Below, one piece after another: positions 40,769 to 50,220 of a stretch of DNA of 64,000 nt. The DNA comes from Candidatus Fermentibacterota bacterium (GTDB lineage: Bacteria > Fermentibacterota > Fermentibacteria > Fermentibacterales > JCC-6). The DNA lies in NCBI GenBank assembly GCA_963845085.1, contig CAWJQI010000004.1, positions 640,001 to 704,000 of the forward strand, given 5' to 3'. Each line of letters begins with the position of its first letter. The first letter of the stretch is position 1. The notes under the pieces were generated by a model, which worked only from the letters and a program-made list of their open reading frames with translations, did no database searches and was not told where the DNA came from. The position numbers were made by a program, and so were the translations under genes.

Positions 40769-42193
40769 TCAGTCACTCCGACCCCGCAGCCCCCGGAGGA
40801 CCCTGCCTGCATTCCTCAACGCCCGGCCGGGGTGGGAAACCAGGTCGCCCGCCCAGCTGCCGATGTTGGCGGGGCTTGTAAGCTTCCTGTAACTCCTGTA
40901 GCGCTCCATTTTTTTCTTCCAGCGTATCACATCTTCGACCGACAGGTACGGAAGGCGCATGTTCAACACCTCGCGCGCCCGGTTCCTGGCCGGGTCGAGA
41001 ACATCAGGGTCTGTGTCGTCGATGAGGTATCCGTTCTCCCTGGCCCAGTCGTGTATGTCCCTGCCTGGTATTGCAGTTGAGAAGTACACTACAATGTCGT
41101 CGGGCTTGAGCCGCCTGAGAAGGGAAAACGTTGCGGCAAGGTCCTCCTCCTTCTCCATGGGGCACCCGATCATCACCATGGCGGTGGCCTCAATTCCGGC
41201 GCTGTGGCAGAACCTGAAGGCCGCCTCCGCCTGCTCCGTCGTCGTCGTTTTCCTGTAGAAATCAAGGATCCTTCTGCTCCCGCTCTCCACACCGAATGAA
41301 ACGCAGTGGCAACCGCTCTCGGCCATCACTTCGGCCTTCCTCGCGGTTATGGAGTCAACACGGCTGGCGCAGTGCCATTTCAGTTTCAGACCCTCGGCCT
41401 TCAGCAGATCACGGAACTCTTCGAACCAGCCTGTGGGGTGGAGGGTGAGCGAGTCATCCTTGAAGAACACAGGCAGCATGTCGGTGTTTCTGAGCACAGC
41501 CAGCCCCTTCAGTTCAGCCACGATGCCCGACGCGCTCCTGAAGCGGATGCCTCCGCCGAATATCCTGTCGGTGCTTGGCTTGCAGTACATGCAGTTGTAT
41601 GGGCAGCCGCGGGAGGTAACCGCGCCGAACTCGCTCATGCCATTGGACAGATATGCATCGTAGTCAACCAGATCCCGCGCCGGGTGCGGAAGCGAGTCGA
41701 GGTCCTGCGGTACCGGCCTGCGCGGGTTCACGCGGATCCCGCCCGAACCGTCCCGGAAGACGAGGTTCTGGATGCCTGATGTGTCCCGGCCGGCTTCGAG
41801 CGAGTCTGCCAGCTCGACTATTGACGATTCGGCCTCGCCGGTCAGGACGAGGTCGAAGTTGATGAGGTCCATTGTCTTCTCCGGGAAGATGCTGGGATAG
41901 GCACCCCCGGCGAGGAACACAGCGCCGGGATTGACCGTGCGGAGATGGTCTGTCACAAGGGCGGAGCGACCCAGCTTTGCGGCGGATGAGATTGCCACGC
42001 CGATGAGATCGGCACTCCTTGCCTGTGAATCCAGCTGGTCGATTGAACTGCAGAAGGAATAGTCGAGGTAGGCAACCTCATGACCGGCGTTGCGCAGGCA
42101 GGCTGCGAGCTGCAGCAGTCCGAGCGGCTCGGCCAGCCCGTTGTACTCGACCCAGTCCCACCTGGGGTAAACCAGCGCAACCCTCAAGAACAC
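40769..42193 (-). CDS. B12-binding-domain radical SAM protein
   Basis: EPLGL...GGAYPS cobalamin-binding domain; SRGCPYNCMYC; GVESGS. Confidence 0.92.
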   Translation of the reverse strand: MFLRVALVYPRWDWVEYNGLAEPLGLLQLAACLRNAGHEVAYLDYSFCSSIDQLDSQARSADLIGVAISSAAKLGRSALVTDHLRTVNPGAVFLAGGAYPSIFPEKTMDLINFDLVLTGEAESSIVELADSLEAGRDTSGIQNLVFRDGSGGIRVNPRRPVPQDLDSLPHPARDLVDYDAYLSNGMSEFGAVTSRGCPYNCMYCKPSTDRIFGGGIRFRSASGIVAELKGLAVLRNTDMLPVFFKDDSLTLHPTGWFEEFRDLLKAEGLKLKWHCASRVDSITARKAEVMAESGCHCVSFGVESGSRRILDFYRKTTTTEQAEAAFRFCHSAGIEATAMVMIGCPMEKEEDLAATFSLLRRLKPDDIVVYFSTAIPGRDIHDWARENGYLIDDTDPDVLDPARNRAREVLNMRLPYLSVEDVIRWKKKMERYRSYRKLTSPANIGSWAGDLVSHPGRALRNAGRVLRGLRGRSD

Positions 42194-42390
42194 CCCCCAC
42201 GATAAGATGAATGTGACACCGCCCGCGGATACAAAGCACGATTGGAACGACCCTGGCGAATGATAACAGGATCATGGTTCCTCTATGCGACAATACCCGC
42301 CGGTTGTCTCATCCGTCAATGAGAATGGTATTCCGACGCGCACACTATTGTTTCATTGCGCAGAAGTTTTGCCGAATGCAAACAGAGCCC

Positions 42391-43431
42391 TCAGGGCCGC
42401 AACACCCTGATGGGTATGAACACGGACTGCGGCCCGTCGACGTACGAAGCAACACTGTACGACTGGAAATCGATCCCGAAACCGGCAATGCCCCCCAGGG
42501 GATCGGGAATTGGCATGAGGTCCGCGTAGTTGGCCCATTCAGGTCTGGCGGCTGACCTGATCCTATCCATGTCAGCCCCGGGACCGAGCACTTTCGCAAG
42601 GCTGTCGACTACCAGCGCCGACAGGCGGACAAGCTCTGTCGAATCCGCCAGCAGATCCCTTGCGCTGAGCGCCCTGTAGCACACAGTTCCGTCCGGACCC
42701 ATCTCCTCGCCGAACAGATGGTATTCGCTGCCTTCGTTGCAGTGCGCACCGCCGGTATAGTCCGACCAGAGGCATTCATAAGCCGCAAATCCGGAAGGCG
42801 AGGGGAGAGCATACATTCTGCCTTCCAGCTCCCAGTCGCTGTATCCGGTTTCCATTCCGTACAGGCGGTAACTTTCCAGGGCGCTTGATGCAAAATGGGC
42901 CTTCCACTCCGTGAATCGCTCGACAACAGCGTCCCTGAAGAAGTCCAGGCCGGGAGGCACATGCGGGCATACGAAGCAGAAGCGCCATCCGTGGCCCCAG
43001 CCCGCAATGAGTGTGTCGCTGTATTCGGTTGAACCGCCGGCCTGAAGGTAGTACCTGGGAAAAAGATGCATGGGCGGTTCGGGAGCGTTCGGATCCTGCC
43101 TTTGGTGCTCTGTGTTGTAGCGGTACCAGGAGCGCCTTTCCCGCTGGAAATACATTGTGGTCATGTTGTCACTGCAGTAAAGCCAGGCACGGTTGTCGTC
43201 ATCCCAAGCCCAGTACAGAGTATTCCCGCAGCTGAACTCAGGTTCATGCTCATGGTAAACCAGTGCACCTGTGGAATCGTAAATCATCACTGCCTGCATG
43301 TTTCCGAAGTCGTATACGTATTCCTCTGCGATCGTGAAGATGAACGCTCCGTCGGGGGAGGGCATTGGCATGACCTGATTCGGCATGATGGTGCCAAGAA
43401 ATACCATAGACAAGAATGAATACATGATCAT
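42391..43431 (-). CDS. Exported protein with C-terminal RsiV/PdaC (DUF3298/DUF4163)-like region
   Basis: Signal-like N-terminus; YTGGAHCN and F..Y.VA.Y..G...V.IP motifs. Confidence 0.65.
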   Translation of the reverse strand: MIMYSFLSMVFLGTIMPNQVMPMPSPDGAFIFTIAEEYVYDFGNMQAVMIYDSTGALVYHEHEPEFSCGNTLYWAWDDDNRAWLYCSDNMTTMYFQRERRSWYRYNTEHQRQDPNAPEPPMHLFPRYYLQAGGSTEYSDTLIAGWGHGWRFCFVCPHVPPGLDFFRDAVVERFTEWKAHFASSALESYRLYGMETGYSDWELEGRMYALPSPSGFAAYECLWSDYTGGAHCNEGSEYHLFGEEMGPDGTVCYRALSARDLLADSTELVRLSALVVDSLAKVLGPGADMDRIRSAARPEWANYADLMPIPDPLGGIAGFGIDFQSYSVASYVDGPQSVFIPIRVLRP

Positions 43432-43471
43432 CTCACCACAACCTCCGGCACTGGCGGTGTTTACCAACGGG

Positions 43472-43497
43472 AAGGGGCGGCCCCGAAGGCCGCCCCC
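43472..43497 (-). terminator. GC-rich hairpin after the selenoprotein gene
   Basis: GGGGCGGCC-TTCGG-GGCCGCCCC-TT on the minus strand; weak U tract. Confidence 0.55.
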
Positions 43498-43513
43498 GAG
43501 AACTCCGTCGGCG

Positions 43514-44491
43514 CTATCTGATCAGAACGACCGGACGGCACTGGCTTACCCCCTGGGGGGATTCATGCCTGAGGATGTAAAGACCCGGAACTTCCGGCAT
43601 GAAGACTCCGCTGCCGGACCTGACGATCCGCATCGAATCGACAAGCCGGCCGTCCAGTGAGAACAGGCTGACCGTACCGTCGGCCGCTGTAAAGCTTATT
43701 GCGCCCTCGGCGGGCGAGTTGACGATGAAGGCGGAATTCGGGACCGGAGAGCCTTCCTCTTCGATGCCTGTAGTGATGATCTCGGAAAGCTTCACCATGC
43801 GCGAGTTGAGGATTTCATCGGTGGCGTTGCTCTGTACGAAAGTGGTGAGGTAGAGCTCTTCCCAGTCCCAGGAAGGGTTGATCGTGTAATCCGCGCTGAG
43901 TTCAATGGTTTCACCTGAAGACCCGAAATCCACAGCGGTGCCGTTGGCGCCGAACATGTTCCAGCGGAGGGCGTAGTTGAACTCGCTGCCGGTGTAGGTT
44001 CCCGTGCCGGGTATGCCGCACTCGTTGATTATGGCATGGATCGTGGCGTCGGTATCGATCCCGGTGTCGGTGGTCAGAGTGAAGGTGATGGTTCCCTCGG
44101 TTGGATCTGACTCGACCGAAGGGGTAAGAGTGATGTCGAGATGGCACGGAACCGCCATTCTCGTTTCGTAGTAACCGAGCATGGTGGACAGCGGCCATGC
44201 GTCGTAAAGGCCATCCACCATCACGGTCGGGTATGCGGTGATTCCGTAATAGCTCTTCCGTGCCGTGTTGTGGGTGGGATTGGCCTGGTAGACGGGATCC
44301 GTTGCGCTCGAGTTGTGGATCGCCACCAGTGACACGGTTCCTGGATGGCTGTCGAGAAACTGGGTGACAGTGACCTCACTGCCAGGACATGTCCCTCAGC
44401 CGTCCCATGTAAAAAACTCGAGCATTACTGCACGGTCAGCCGCAATGGCAAAAAGCGGCAATGCCAACAGCACGGCAAGGCAGAACTTCAT
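43514..44491 (-). CDS. Omp28-related thioredoxin-fold T9SS cargo; predicted selenoprotein (Sec32, UxxC), 325 aa
   Basis: AGAGG RBS, then MKFCLAVLLALPLFAIA-ADRAVMLEFFTWDG-TGA-GTCP, continuing in frame into ORF 43514..44335 (VAIH, YYGITAYPTVMVDG, FVQ...EILN; CTD LFSLDGRLV...PGLYIL...VVLIR). Confidence 0.85.
44362..44395 (-). promoter_or_regulatory. Bacterial SECIS-like stem-loop
   Basis: After UGA: 11-nt spacer GGGACAUGUCC, then UGGCAGUG-AGGU-CACUGUCA hairpin (44384-44365). Confidence 0.75.
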
Positions 44492-44573
44492 ATTCGTCCT
44501 CTTTTCATGAAACTTGCACACTTTTTAGTATTGTTTTGGCGCCGACGGCTGTCAAGCCGCCGGCTCATGAATC

Positions 44574-44618
44574 TTGACGTTCGCCTGCACTCCCTCATAT
44601 TTCCTTACCGAACGGTCA
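44574..44618 (+). promoter_or_regulatory. Promoter and candidate TetR operator for the efflux operon
   Basis: TTGACG-16-CATATT, followed by the inverted repeat TTACCG-AA-CGGTCA (44605-44618). Confidence 0.5.
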
Positions 44619-44630
44619 GTCAGGGGGAGT

Positions 44631-45236
44631 ATGAACAACAGGGAGCGAATACTGAAGGTGGCGGAGGACCTTTTCTGCGAGAAGGGCTTCAGCGGCACCT
44701 CGATGAGCGAAATTGCCGAAAAGGCAGGTGTGGCCAAAAGCCTCATATATCATCACTTCGCTTCCAAGCAGGCCCTTTGGTCGGGAATCGTGCAGCGTTT
44801 TCATGAAGAGTCGGGCATCCTTGTGAAACTGAAGGACGCCCTCGCGGGAACCGATCCGGCGCAGATAATCGAAATGGTCAGCGGCCCCGGCGGATTCTTC
44901 GATTTTCTTCGGAACAACCCCCGCCTGGTCAGGCTGTTCTCATGGGTGAACCTGGACCGGGAGTTCGAGCCGGAGTACCCCGATGACATACTCAGGTGCG
45001 AAGTCGTTGAAAGCCTTCGACAGCATCAGGAGGCGGGGTGGATCCGGAAGGACATCGATGCAAGGATCATTCCCGTCGTCCTCCTTTCCGTCATGGTGAA
45101 CTGGTTCAGCTCGAAGTGGACCCTTTCAAAATGGTTCGACTCCGGCCTTTCCGACACTGAGATGGACAAGGCATACCTCAGCGGAGCCATGGAAATCCTT
45201 CTGAAGGGAATCGGCCCCGGTGCGCAACCCAGCTGA
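44631..45236 (+). CDS. TetR/AcrR family regulator
   Basis: RERILKVAEDLF.EKGF.GTSM.EIA.KAGVAKSLIYHHF.SK HTH. Confidence 0.95.
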   Translation: MNNRERILKVAEDLFCEKGFSGTSMSEIAEKAGVAKSLIYHHFASKQALWSGIVQRFHEESGILVKLKDALAGTDPAQIIEMVSGPGGFFDFLRNNPRLVRLFSWVNLDREFEPEYPDDILRCEVVESLRQHQEAGWIRKDIDARIIPVVLLSVMVNWFSSKWTLSKWFDSGLSDTEMDKAYLSGAMEILLKGIGPGAQPS

Positions 45237-46287
45237 CCGCGGTCTGGCTGTTGCAGCCCTCATGCTCCTTCTCGCGTGCGGCAGTGGGGCGGACCGCGCT
45301 GAAAGAATCGTCACGGTTCGCACCGCCGTTCTCGAACACGGGCCGATCTCGTCCACCGTCATGCTGCCGTGCCGTCTGGAGGGCGCTGACGAGGCGGTCA
45401 TTTCCGTGCCGGAACCGGTCATGGTTTCGCGGGTGCTGGTTTCGGAGGGTGATCCCGTGATCGCCGGTGCGGTCATGGTCGAGCTTGAGACAGACATGGC
45501 CCGTTTCTCGGCAGTTTCCGCTGCGGCAGCGCGTGTTGCTGCTGCAACTGCGCTTCATGATTACTCGCTGGCCGGCCTTGAAAGGGCGTCTTCACTCCTC
45601 GATGCCGGAGCGATGTCGGAAAGTGGGCACGAGGCTGCACAGCAGCAGGAGGCTGCATCGGAAGCCGCCCTTCTGGCTGCGCGCTCGGGTTACGAACGGG
45701 CCGCTGCTGACGCCTCCACAGGAATTGTCCGGGCGCCGTTCAGCGGCACCGTCACACGTGTCTGGGCCAGACAGGGCAACCCGGCCTCAGGTGGTCTTGT
45801 GGCGATCTCGGGCGGTCGGACCGTCCAGGCGGAACTGCTTTTCCCGCCCGGAAGGCTGCCCTTTCTGAAAGCAGGCCTGCCGGTCTTTCTGCATGCGTCG
45901 ATATACCCCGGTGAGATCTTCCCCGGTGTCATAACCGAGGTCTCGCCATCGGTCGATCCGCTCTCGGGGCTTGTGGCGGCAAGGGCACAATTCCAGAACG
46001 AAGACCGCAGGCTTGCAGCAGGCCTTTCCGGCATTGCCGAAACAGCGCTCGAAACCTGCGACTCTGCACTGGTCCTTCCCCGGTCTTGCCTTGAGAGGAA
46101 TCCCGACGGAGGCTGGCGGGCGGCTGTCGTTGAAGGCGGGCGGGCTGTTTTCAGGAGCGTTGAGACTGGGCTGCAGAACGGTTTTCGCATGCAGATAACA
46201 TCGGGTTTGTCGGCCGGCGACAGCGTAATCGTCTTCGGCATAAACACGGTGCGCGAGGGCGACAGGGTGAGGGAGGCAGCCCGATGA
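45220..46287 (+). CDS. RND efflux periplasmic adaptor (MFP)
   Basis: Lipobox LLAC; V.EGD.V..G and APFSG.V lipoyl motifs; GL.AGD.VI. Confidence 0.9.
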   Translation: MRNPADRGLAVAALMLLLACGSGADRAERIVTVRTAVLEHGPISSTVMLPCRLEGADEAVISVPEPVMVSRVLVSEGDPVIAGAVMVELETDMARFSAVSAAAARVAAATALHDYSLAGLERASSLLDAGAMSESGHEAAQQQEAASEAALLAARSGYERAAADASTGIVRAPFSGTVTRVWARQGNPASGGLVAISGGRTVQAELLFPPGRLPFLKAGLPVFLHASIYPGEIFPGVITEVSPSVDPLSGLVAARAQFQNEDRRLAAGLSGIAETALETCDSALVLPRSCLERNPDGGWRAAVVEGGRAVFRSVETGLQNGFRMQITSGLSAGDSVIVFGINTVREGDRVREAAR

Positions 46288-49200
46288 GTCTTCCCGGTCT
46301 GGCGGCAAGGCGCAGGATAACATTTCTGATGATCTTTCTGCTCATGGCCGGGGCCGGTCTGTTCGGCCTCTCGCAGATGGGAATCGACTACACGCCGGAG
46401 GTCGACCTTGGCGAGGTAATGGTCGTCACGGTCCTTCCCGGATCAGGCCCGGAGGAGGTTGAGAGCCTCGTCTCGAGGGTGATCGAGGATGCAATTTCAG
46501 GAGTCGAGGGTGTCGAGACGATCGAGTCTGACAGCAGGGCATCCATCAGCACGGTGACCGCGAAACTGACCCTTGGCGCCGACATTGACAGGGTTGAGCA
46601 GGACATCACCGATGCGGTGAACAGGGCCGGTTCACTGCTTCCAACAAGTTCCGTCGATCCGCGGGTGTTCGCCCTGGAGAGCAGCATGAAGCCCCTTGTG
46701 ATAGCAAACTTCTCGAGCGAAGTTTTGAGCTCCCCGGAGCTCAGGCGCCTGCTCGAGGACGAAGTACAGCCTGTGCTCGCAAGGGTGGAGGGCATCTCGA
46801 GCGCGGAGATCTCGGGCGGCGAGCAGAGGCAGATCAACGTCGAGGCCGATCCCGTTCAACTCTGGGAGAGAGGAATCACACTTTCGCAGGTATACGGGGC
46901 CCTGTCCGCGGTGCAGGCCGACCAGCCAGGCGGCGAGATCGACAGCGACGGACTTGTTGTGCCCCTGAGCGTTAGAAGCAGTTTCAACAGCCTCGACCAG
47001 ATCAGGAGGCTGGTCGTGGGGCGGCACGGCGGGGTTCCGGTCCTGCTTGGTGATGTTGCCACAGTCCAGGACGGATTCCTCGAGCAGACCGACATCACAA
47101 CCCTCAACGGCGTCAGTACGGTCCTGCTCGTCTTCAGGAAAAGCTCCGACGCAAACACCGTGAACACCTGCCAGGCATTGAAAGAATCCCTTGACAGGGT
47201 TGCACTTGCCTACGCCGGGCAATTCACCGTCGATGTTGTTTACAGCCAGGACGGGTACATCACTTCGTCGATGAACTCACTGGTGGAAACGGGCATCCAG
47301 GCGATCGCCCTGGCGGCCTTCGTACTCCTGTTGTTCCTTGGTTCTCCGGTGAATGCCGGCATCGTCAGCATCTCGATGCCGCTCAGCTTCATAACCACGT
47401 TCGCGCTGATGCGCCTGTTCGGGGTGAACCTGAACATCATGTCGCTCGCGGGGCTTTCCATCTCCATTGGCATGATCGTGGACAACTCGGTCGTGGTCCT
47501 CGAAAACATCCACAGGCTGCGCCGTGAAGGGGTTGGGACCCTTGAAGCGGCGGAAAAGGGAGCGTCACAGGTTGGAATGGCGGTTACGGCATCTACTCTC
47601 ACCACGGTGGCCGTCTTCATCCCGATGCTTTTCGTCAAGGGCACCACGGGCCAGGTCTTCAGGGACCTGTCCATAACCATCGCAAGTGCATTGTTCATAA
47701 GCCTTTTCGTCAGCATGACGCTGATCCCACTGCTCGCAGGAATGTCGCCCCGACTGGTAAAGGTACACCGTAAGGGGTCCCTGCTGCTCTCGGTTCAGAA
47801 CCGGATCGACGGCCTTGAGGGATTCTATGGAAAAGCTGCCGAATGGTGTCTCGGGCACAGGTTCAAAACCGTTGGTTCGCTTGTCCTTCTCTTCGCGGTC
47901 TCGGTGGTTCTCTCCAGGTCCATACCCGCATCATTCCTTCCCGACATCAGGGAAGGCACGATGAGCATCCTCGCATCGACACCTCCCGGCACGAACCTGC
48001 ACACGACTGACAGCATAGCAGGCGCGCTCGAGAACTCCATTCTGGCCTCAATAGCGGAAGGCGATCTTCGGTACTCAAGAATGACTGTAGGAAGGAGCGG
48101 CGGGCTTGCCGCGGCCTTTGGCTCCGATGCCCCGGGAAGGATAGACCTGAACCTGTACTTCGCCGATGAATCGTCCCTGCAAACCTCAATGGAAGGATAT
48201 GCCGAGACCGTGAGGGGCATACTCGAGGGCTTCCCGGGGCTTTCGTACAGCATCACTTCGGGCCAGCCGATAGGGAACGAGTTCCCGATACAAGTGGCCG
48301 TTTACGGCACCGACCTTGTCGAACTCGCGGAAAAGGGGGCGATCCTCAAGGAAGCGATGGAGGGCATCGGGGGAACCGTCGACCACACCTCTTCGCTGGA
48401 CGGGTGGGTCGACCGTATCGAGTTCGTGCCCGACCCGGCCGTACTGTCACAGCGCGGAACCAGCCCTGCACTTCTGGCCGCAGAGATCACCCTTGGGCTT
48501 CAGGGACTCGATGCATCCACCTACACCGAGGGCGGGACCCGGTACGACATCCATCTCAGCTACCCCTTGCGTGTCACGTCGAACCGCGAGCAGGTCATGG
48601 GGCTTCCCGCAGCAGGCGCTCCCCTTGAAAGCTGGGGCGAGTTCCGCACAAGCCAGGTCCCACAGAGGATCTGGCGAAGGGACAGAAGCAGAAGTGTGCT
48701 CGTTTCATGCAAGATCGACGGGCGGGCGCTTGGGGACGTGGGCGCCGACCTTGCCTCCCTGATGGACACCCTCGATCTGGGCGGAAGTCGTTGGGAGCTT
48801 CTGGGCGATATCCCCGACCAGCGGGAGGCGGCATCGAGCATGTCACTCGCCATCCTGGTGGCCGTAATCCTGGTCTTCATGGTCATGGCAAGCCAGTTCG
48901 AGTCGCTGCTTGAACCCTTCCTTCTGGTCTTCGAGATCCCGATGGCTTTCATCGGGGTGATCCTGATCCACCTGGCGACAGGAACCACCATGGGTCTTAC
49001 ATCGCTGGTGGGCATCCTGATGCTGTCGGGCATCGTGGTGAACAACGGCATTCTGCTCGTCGATTTTGCGAACCAGATAAGACGGGAAACAGGGCTTTCC
49101 CCCGAACAGGCCGTGCTTGAGGCGGGTAAAAAGCGTCTCAGACCCATCCTGATGACCGCCGGAACGACGATACTCGCCCTGGTCCCCCTCTCGATCGGCA

Positions 49201-49352
49201 CCGGCAGCAGTTCCGCGATGTGGTCGCCCATGGCGCTCTCCGTGATAGGAGGAATGATTGTTGCCACACCGCTCACCCTTCTCGTACTTCCGGTTCTCTA
49301 TGTGGCCCTTGACGGATGGCACTCGGGACGAAGGGCGGGCGGTCGTGCATAG
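46284..49352 (+). CDS. RND efflux permease (AcrB/SwrC-like)
   Basis: 1022 aa; GMIVDNSVVVLENI, GIVVNNGILLVD, RLRPILMT. Confidence 0.96.
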   Translation: MSLPGLAARRRITFLMIFLLMAGAGLFGLSQMGIDYTPEVDLGEVMVVTVLPGSGPEEVESLVSRVIEDAISGVEGVETIESDSRASISTVTAKLTLGADIDRVEQDITDAVNRAGSLLPTSSVDPRVFALESSMKPLVIANFSSEVLSSPELRRLLEDEVQPVLARVEGISSAEISGGEQRQINVEADPVQLWERGITLSQVYGALSAVQADQPGGEIDSDGLVVPLSVRSSFNSLDQIRRLVVGRHGGVPVLLGDVATVQDGFLEQTDITTLNGVSTVLLVFRKSSDANTVNTCQALKESLDRVALAYAGQFTVDVVYSQDGYITSSMNSLVETGIQAIALAAFVLLLFLGSPVNAGIVSISMPLSFITTFALMRLFGVNLNIMSLAGLSISIGMIVDNSVVVLENIHRLRREGVGTLEAAEKGASQVGMAVTASTLTTVAVFIPMLFVKGTTGQVFRDLSITIASALFISLFVSMTLIPLLAGMSPRLVKVHRKGSLLLSVQNRIDGLEGFYGKAAEWCLGHRFKTVGSLVLLFAVSVVLSRSIPASFLPDIREGTMSILASTPPGTNLHTTDSIAGALENSILASIAEGDLRYSRMTVGRSGGLAAAFGSDAPGRIDLNLYFADESSLQTSMEGYAETVRGILEGFPGLSYSITSGQPIGNEFPIQVAVYGTDLVELAEKGAILKEAMEGIGGTVDHTSSLDGWVDRIEFVPDPAVLSQRGTSPALLAAEITLGLQGLDASTYTEGGTRYDIHLSYPLRVTSNREQVMGLPAAGAPLESWGEFRTSQVPQRIWRRDRSRSVLVSCKIDGRALGDVGADLASLMDTLDLGGSRWELLGDIPDQREAASSMSLAILVAVILVFMVMASQFESLLEPFLLVFEIPMAFIGVILIHLATGTTMGLTSLVGILMLSGIVVNNGILLVDFANQIRRETGLSPEQAVLEAGKKRLRPILMTAGTTILALVPLSIGTGSSSAMWSPMALSVIGGMIVATPLTLLVLPVLYVALDGWHSGRRAGGRA

Positions 49353-50184
49353 AAGCAGAATCCTTTTGATCCTTCTCGCCCTGACTGCATGCGACAGGGC
49401 TGAGCCTGAGCAGGCCATTCCCGACCATGCAGAAAACTCCTCACCCGGTTTCGGCCCCGAGGTTTCAACAAGCGGTTGCACACGCCTCGAGGCCTCGAAC
49501 GAGGCGCTTCTCTTCGCAAGCGGACGGATCCTTTCAGTACTCGTCTCCGAAGGCGATACGGTTGCGGCAAACCAGACCCTTGTGGTTCTTTCAGGTGATC
49601 GGACCATGCAGACAACGGCGTCGGCGACGTCCCGCGCAGTTGAGGCGGCCACGCTCGCCCTCGGCAATGCCGAGGCCGAGTACGGAAGGTGTCTTGAGCT
49701 GTACGAGGCGGGAGCCATCAGCCTTCAGGCCCTGGAAGGCGCCGAGGCCGTACTGCGTTCGGCGGAGGCTGCAGGAAGCGAGGCAAGGGCCGCCGATGCG
49801 GGCGCCCGTGCAGGCGCAGTGGCCACGAGGGTCGAGGCTCCATTCGACGGGGTCGTGGGCAGGGTTTGGGCGCGGGTGGGGGATTCGGCAGGATCGGAAC
49901 CCGTTCTGATGATCACCGGGGGCTCCGGCTACAGGGCGCTTCTGCTTCTTCCGGAGCGCGAGATGGGTCGAATCGGGACCGGTGACAGGGCTGTATTCGC
50001 AACATCCGCACTGCCGGGGATGGTCTTTGAGGGGATCGTGGTCGCGGTTGCTGCGGCTCTTGACCCGGTGACCTGCCTGCTTCCCGTCACTGTTCGTTTC
50101 GAGGACCCCGAGGGTCTGATGGCTCCGGGTCTTTACGGAACGGTCACCGTTTTCCCGGGACCTGTCCCGCAGGGGGAGCGTTAG
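49345..50184 (+). CDS. Second RND periplasmic adaptor (shorter)
   Basis: Lipobox LTAC; VSEGDTV; APFDGVV. Confidence 0.88.
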   Translation: MHRSRILLILLALTACDRAEPEQAIPDHAENSSPGFGPEVSTSGCTRLEASNEALLFASGRILSVLVSEGDTVAANQTLVVLSGDRTMQTTASATSRAVEAATLALGNAEAEYGRCLELYEAGAISLQALEGAEAVLRSAEAAGSEARAADAGARAGAVATRVEAPFDGVVGRVWARVGDSAGSEPVLMITGGSGYRALLLLPEREMGRIGTGDRAVFATSALPGMVFEGIVVAVAAALDPVTCLLPVTVRFEDPEGLMAPGLYGTVTVFPGPVPQGER

Positions 50185-50220
50185 CGCAACGGCCGCTTCA
50201 TGCCCCGCGAAGCCGCAGAG

